Of a stretch of 64,000 nt of DNA, positions 59,400 through 64,000 are shown piece by piece (positions within the stretch are counted from its first letter, which is position 1; each line of letters opens with the position of its first letter). The stretch lies in NCBI GenBank assembly GCA_965153285.1, contig OZ229110.1. One strand, 5' to 3'. The stretch is from Podarcis tiliguerta. Lineage: Eukaryota. The position numbers were made by a program, and so were the translations under genes. Below the pieces are notes generated by a model. That model searched no databases, was not told the origin of the DNA, and worked only from the letters and a program-made list of their open reading frames with translations.

Positions 59400-59630
59400 A
59401 GGGGCTTATATATATGGCAATCCCAAGCAGTTATGTAAACAGGAACGAGGAAATTCTTGCCTTGGGAAAGGGCTTTGCCGAACCCCATTATTGTGCAATA
59501 CTTGCTTTCACAAGAGTCAGCATAGTTCGTGATATTTAAGATTGTACATTTCTAGACAATGGCTGGAAATCCCTCGATTGCACAATGCCCACCCCCTACT
59601 CTGCCCTGATCAGGAAATGTTTATTTGTGC
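59400..59630 (-). promoter_or_regulatory. TATA-containing ficolin promoter with FOXA, C/EBP and kB-like motifs
   Basis: TATA 59406-59415, about 70 nt upstream of the ATG. TGTTTAC 59435-59441; ATTGCACAAT at 59490-59499 (minus) and 59577-59586 (plus); AGGGATTTCC 59565-59574; TGTTTATTT 59618-59626. Confidence 0.7.
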
Positions 59631-59755
59631 TGAATAATGTGTTCTTTGGAGCCATAATCCCATCGCTATCTTGTTTGGCGTGAGGCTTGATCTTGGTTTC
59701 CTTACTATAGTACATTCATAGAAGTGTCTCCTTCTTCTGTCCATCTCTTTATTTG

Positions 59756-60376
59756 CCGTATTTTTTGCTCTATAAGACGCACTTTTCCCCTCCTAAAAAG
59801 TAAGGGGTAATGTGTGTGCATTTTATGGAGCGAATGCAGACTGCGCAGCTATCCCAGAAGCCAGAACAGCGAGAGGGATCACTGCGCAGCGCTCCCTCTC
59901 GCTGTTCTAGCTTCTGGCTTAGCCGCGTGAAGCCTCTTCAGGGCAGGGGGAGCCTTCATCCTGCTGCCCTGAGGCTTCGCACAGCTATCCCAGAAGCCAG
60001 AACAGCGAGAAGGATCGCTGTGCAGCGCTTCCTCTGGCTGTTCTAGCTTCTGGGATAGCCCCCCAGTCCCTTTCCCCACCTCCTGGAGAAGCCCCCAAGA
60101 GCCCCGCTCTCTTTAAAGAGCCATGCGGAGCGTGTGTGCTGCTCTTGGGGGCTTTTCCCCAAGGAGGGAGAAGGGCAGCTCATCAGTGAAGGGCTGCTCT
60201 TCTCCCTCCTCGGGAAAAAGCCTGCAAGCTCGTGAAAGGGAGCACTGAGCAGAACCTGGGATGCATATAGGCTCTGCTCAGCGCTCCCTTTAAAGAATAT
60301 TTTTTATCTTGCATTCCCCCTCTAAAAACTAGGTGTGTCTTATGGTCAGGTGTGTCTTATGGAGCAAAAAATACAG
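59756..60376. mobile_element. Non-autonomous Tc1/mariner (pogo/Tigger-like) element with internal hairpins
   Basis: TIRs ccgtattttttgctctataagacgcac / gtgtgtcttatggagcaaaaaatacag, with TA on the right and TG on the left. The GC-rich interior has repeated palindromes. Confidence 0.75.
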
Positions 60377-61325
60377 TAATTCCTTTTCTGAATGGCTTTG
60401 TAGTGTTGAATGGCCATTCTGGCTGATACTCTGTGCTTCTTCCAAACCTATGATACCGTGGTGGCTGGGTTTGGAATGTATAAACACAAGCTTACCAAAC
60501 TAGTTTCTTTGTCTATGCAATGGCTTTGGCTGGTTAGTTAAGCACCACATAACCAAAGAAGTTGCTTTGTGCAAAAGGACAAATGGGAGGACCTCCCCCT
60601 TCTCACCTAGATGCCAGGTAGGAGAACAATAGCCAGAGTTGTGTGTGAGGAAGGTGGAAGCAGACTGGAAGATGGACACACAGGCAAGCTTGCTCCGTGC
60701 TGGACTCAAAGCTGTGATTAATGAAGCAGGATTTTTTCTCTATTCTTCCCTTAGGAGGGCAGATCCCCTCAGGTGACCAGTACAAACCTGCATTTTCATC
60801 TTCAGTGGGTATTTAGGTCCAAAAATGCCTCTTATATGCAATCTAGGTGGGGTGAATCCTAGTCCATGGGACTGGAGCAAGTTCTGCTTTATGGTAAAGC
60901 CAAATGCTTGACTGGAGAGGAGACTAATTCTTGCCAGAAATAAAAGCTGGCGAACGGGATTTCTGTCTGTATATTTTTACAGCATGAAGTGAAATGGGGA
61001 AGTTAGTCCCCCTTCATAAGAATCTAATGTAAGCAAGATGTAGCTAATGTATGACGCATCCCAATTCCAGTGTGTTTGGTGTGTGGATAAGATGGAGCAT
61101 GTATCCTGGTGCACTAAGGCAACCAAGACGTGATCAAATAGAGCAAAGGGTGAAGCTTCAGCCTTTAGAGGGGAAGAAAAACCCAGGAGAAACCAAGGCA
61201 TACAAATGAAATGTGAAACACAATACAAAAAACAGTTCTGTTGAGAAGAGCAGAATTCATGCAAGACTCACATTCACATCAACCAACCAGCAACAGAATA
61301 AACGGGTTAACAAACAGGGCAGAAA

Positions 61326-61331
61326 TTTATT
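61326..61331 (-). terminator. Probable NLRP6-like polyadenylation signal
   Basis: AATAAA on the minus strand about 300 nt after the TAG. Confidence 0.55.
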
Positions 61332-61629
61332 ATTTGTTCAGCAAACAGTCCCACACTCAGTCCTATACCAGTAAGTAAAACTGGCTGCGGAAACTGGGCA
61401 GGGGAGTATTGCGGATGTGTGAAATCCTATAATGGGCAAGGGGTTCTTTTCCTTCCCGTTCTGGCTGCTGCTTCAACTCCCGTTTCTCAGTCTGGCCTGA
61501 AGGTTGCTTTTGTTGCTTCCCAGTGATTGAAGTAGGAGATGACGTGGTTCAGCGGAATCCCAGTTCCCAACAGAGCTATCCAGGTACTCCATCCATGACC
61601 ATTCCTGTCCTCTGTCATCATAGCGGCTC

Positions 61630-63527
61630 CTATGTGTCTATAGCCAAGTCAGGCTTAATCCTTTTCACGCTACTAAGCTCTCTCACTGTGTCTTCAGATA
61701 ACTCGTCAATATCGAGTCTGTGAATGGAAGAGAAAGAAACAATCTGTTGCCTCCTATACATGGCAACAAAGACTATGCACAACTTATACACACTACAAAA
61801 CTTAAGTGATTTTTTTTAAGGCAGTTTCGAGGTCCCTGCTTCCCACTTTAATATGCAAGTTTGCATGGTGGTGCTGAACATTTCCTGGGGAAGGAATTCC
61901 TCTCGTCCCCCGGAATTAGTTTCTAGGGAAGGTTGTGCAAGACAGAAATTGTGACATTTAAACCTGCTGAGGTTGCTAAGAATGGTTTCTTAAGACATAC
62001 TATTCTATTCTAACACACCACTTTCACAGGTATTTGCTAAAATGGCAAATCTTTTTAGCCCCCTGATATACTGTGTACACTCCCCACCACCCACCCCAAT
62101 TACATGGAGAGAAAGTCAAAAGTACAGAGATGACTAACGGGCCTTATCAGGCTCCTTACAGCCATTTAAGCTTCCACTGGGCTTTATTCTTCATTCATTT
62201 CCTTCCTTATTTAAACAGCTAAATTGCCTATGCATGCAATCACACTTAGGCTCACTGGAATTCTATAGGACTCCTTGGTGCTTATCAGAAAAAACTCGGT
62301 GAAGGAGGTATCTCTAAGTAAGGAGGGTTACTTAGGTTCAGTGGTAGTGCTTAGATGCAAAAGCCCAAGGCGTGTTTTTAGTGCTTAAGTAACAGATGTA
62401 TTTGATGATATCAAGTAAATGGGTCTAGTTCAAATCCTGTGATTCTCATGAAAAGGGACGCGAGTGGCGCTGTGGGTTAAAGCCTCAGCACCTAGGGCTT
62501 GCCTATCGAAAGGTCGGCAGTTCGAATCCCCGCAGCGGGGTGCGCTCCCGTTTCTCGGTCCCAGCACCTGCCAACCTAGCAGTTCGAAAGCACCCCCGGG
62601 TGCAAGTAGATAAATAGGGACCGCTTACTGGCGGGAAGGTAAACGGCGTTTCCGTGTGCTGCGCTGGCTCGCCAGATGCGACTTTGTCACGCTGGCCACG
62701 TGACCCGGAAGTGTCTCCGGACAGCGCTGGCCCTCGGCCTCTTGAGTGAGATGGGCGCACAACCCTACGGGCAGGGGTACCTTTACCTTTACCTAACAGA
62801 TGTATTTGATGATATCAAGTAAATGGGTCTAGTTCAAAGCCTGTGATTCTCATGAAAAGGACCTTCTACAGCATGGAGCAGGAACCTGTGGCTGGACTCC
62901 AAATCCCATCAGCCAACAGAGCCAATGGCCAGGGGTGATGGGAGTCCAAACATACCTGGAGGGCCACAGGCTCCCCATTCATAATCCACCGGCTTTAATC
63001 ATTATACTCAGCAGAACAATACTATACATTCCATTCTCTGTGTACTAATATGTTCCTGGGAACAATCCGCCAACAGTGACTCAGACCTCCACAGGTAAGC
63101 CTGCTCCTGTTCTTGACTTCTTTCACAAATGCCACTTAGGCAATTAGGCAACTTCCCCTTGTCCCTTGATGTCCCCCTGCCCGGTTCTACTCACAGTTTG
63201 ATTGTCACACTGGCTCCCTTAGTTCTTCTCCTGCCTTGTTTTCTTAACTTTCCCCTTTAAAAGGCAGGGGCATCTCTGCCCCTGGGAGCCTACCTTAGGC
63301 AACCACACAGCTCCTCAAATGAACGTTGCACAGCAAGGAAGCTGCCTGCAACTTACTCAATTGCCTCCAGTCCACAGCTTGGGTCTTTCAGTCCTTCACA
63401 GAGCATCTTCACTCCGGAATCTCCCAGTTTGTTACCCCCCAGCTTCAGCTTCTTCAGACTCTGGTTGGTGCTGAGAGCAGAGCAGAGATCCCTGCAGGAA
63501 GCCGAGGTGAATTCGCAATTCCATAAC
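61630..63527 (-). CDS. NLRP6: NLRP6-like NACHT-LRR protein, last two exons (gene continues beyond the window end)
   Basis: A 171-nt phase-2/2 exon (63357-63527) encodes a ribonuclease-inhibitor-type LRR pair, LWNCEFTSASCRDLCSALSTNQSLKKLKLGGNKLGDSGVKMLCEGLKDPSCGLEAI. The terminal exon (61630-61717) encodes LDIDELSEDTVRELSSVKRIKPDLAIDT*, resembling the NLRP6 C-terminus (ELSEQSLQELQAVKRAKPDLVI). NLRP6 follows PSMD13/COX8B in mammals. The NLRP/RI-family call is firm; the NLRP6 symbol is less so. Confidence 0.72.
62455..62793 (+). mobile_element. Sauria SINE, near full length, with 65-bp flanking direct repeat
   Basis: Head gggacgcgagtggcgctgtgggttaaa, B box agttcgaatccc and (ACCTTT)n tail. Direct repeats lie at 62390-62454 and 62794-62858. 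Confidence 0.92.
62875..62980. mobile_element. Degenerate URR1/MER5-like hAT MITE
   Basis: Palindromic ggactcca..cccatca...tgatgggagtcca and ctggagggccacagg, related to the element at 17540-17675. Confidence 0.5.
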
Positions 63528-64000
63528 CTGGAAAAAAAAAAACCAAACAGCTAGGATGGGAGGGGCTGCTGACTTGTTCCTTACTTGTAAATACAACTCC
63601 ACAAAGCATGAGGGTGACAACAGTTCAGGAGAACTCGTGATATATTACAGGCAACCCCCAATTTGTGCCGGGGTTGCACCCCACATCTTCATGTGCGTCA
63701 CCGTTGTTGTTGGAGTGCGCATGAGCCCCCCCCATTACACCCTCTTTTGGGTCTGAAAGTGGTGTGCACATCCGTGGTCATACACCAAGAGCTGCCTATA
63801 CTCACAGTGATCCAAATTTCTTAACTAGTCAAATTCACTGCACTTTCCTCATTGTGTTTCAGTGCTGTCGCATTTGTTCTTAGAACAGAATTTGCTATGA
63901 AAAGCTACCTATTGAGAATTTCAGGTTTCAGGCTTTGTTGGTGTTTTCGGGGTGTTGAAAAGAGAAAAGTTACTAGCCCTCACTCTTTGTTGGAAGGAAA

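Overview
Eukaryotic genomic DNA from a squamate reptile. Sauria SINEs, Squam3-type SINEs and CR1/L2/RTE fragments point to a lizard, most likely a lacertid. The window is the syntenic equivalent of human 11p15.5 / mouse distal chr7. I rebuilt seven intron-containing genes by hand from GT-AG splice sites and reading-frame phase. (1) BET1L, minus, 111 aa. (2) RIC8A, plus, 544 aa. (3) SIRT3, minus, about 389 aa with a two-exon N-terminal extension. (4) PSMD13, plus, 376 aa. (5) An intact two-exon COX8B-type cytochrome c oxidase subunit, minus, 70 aa; it is invisible in the ORF track and the human orthologue is a pseudogene. (6) An 8-exon ficolin-like collagen/fibrinogen lectin, minus, 333 aa, at a locus where mammals have no ficolin, with a liver/acute-phase-type promoter. 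(7) The last two exons of an NLRP6-like inflammasome sensor, minus, opposite to the mammalian orientation. Two CpG-island bidirectional promoters (BET1L/RIC8A, SIRT3/PSMD13) and many transposon insertions are present. These include a SINE with a 65-bp target-site duplication and two different hAT elements inserted at the same 8-bp site. Most entries in the ORF track are spurious. Gene names rest on recalled protein sequences and synteny, not on database searches. I found no wholly new biological system; the best leads are the hidden COX8B gene and the ficolin-NLRP6 immune pair.
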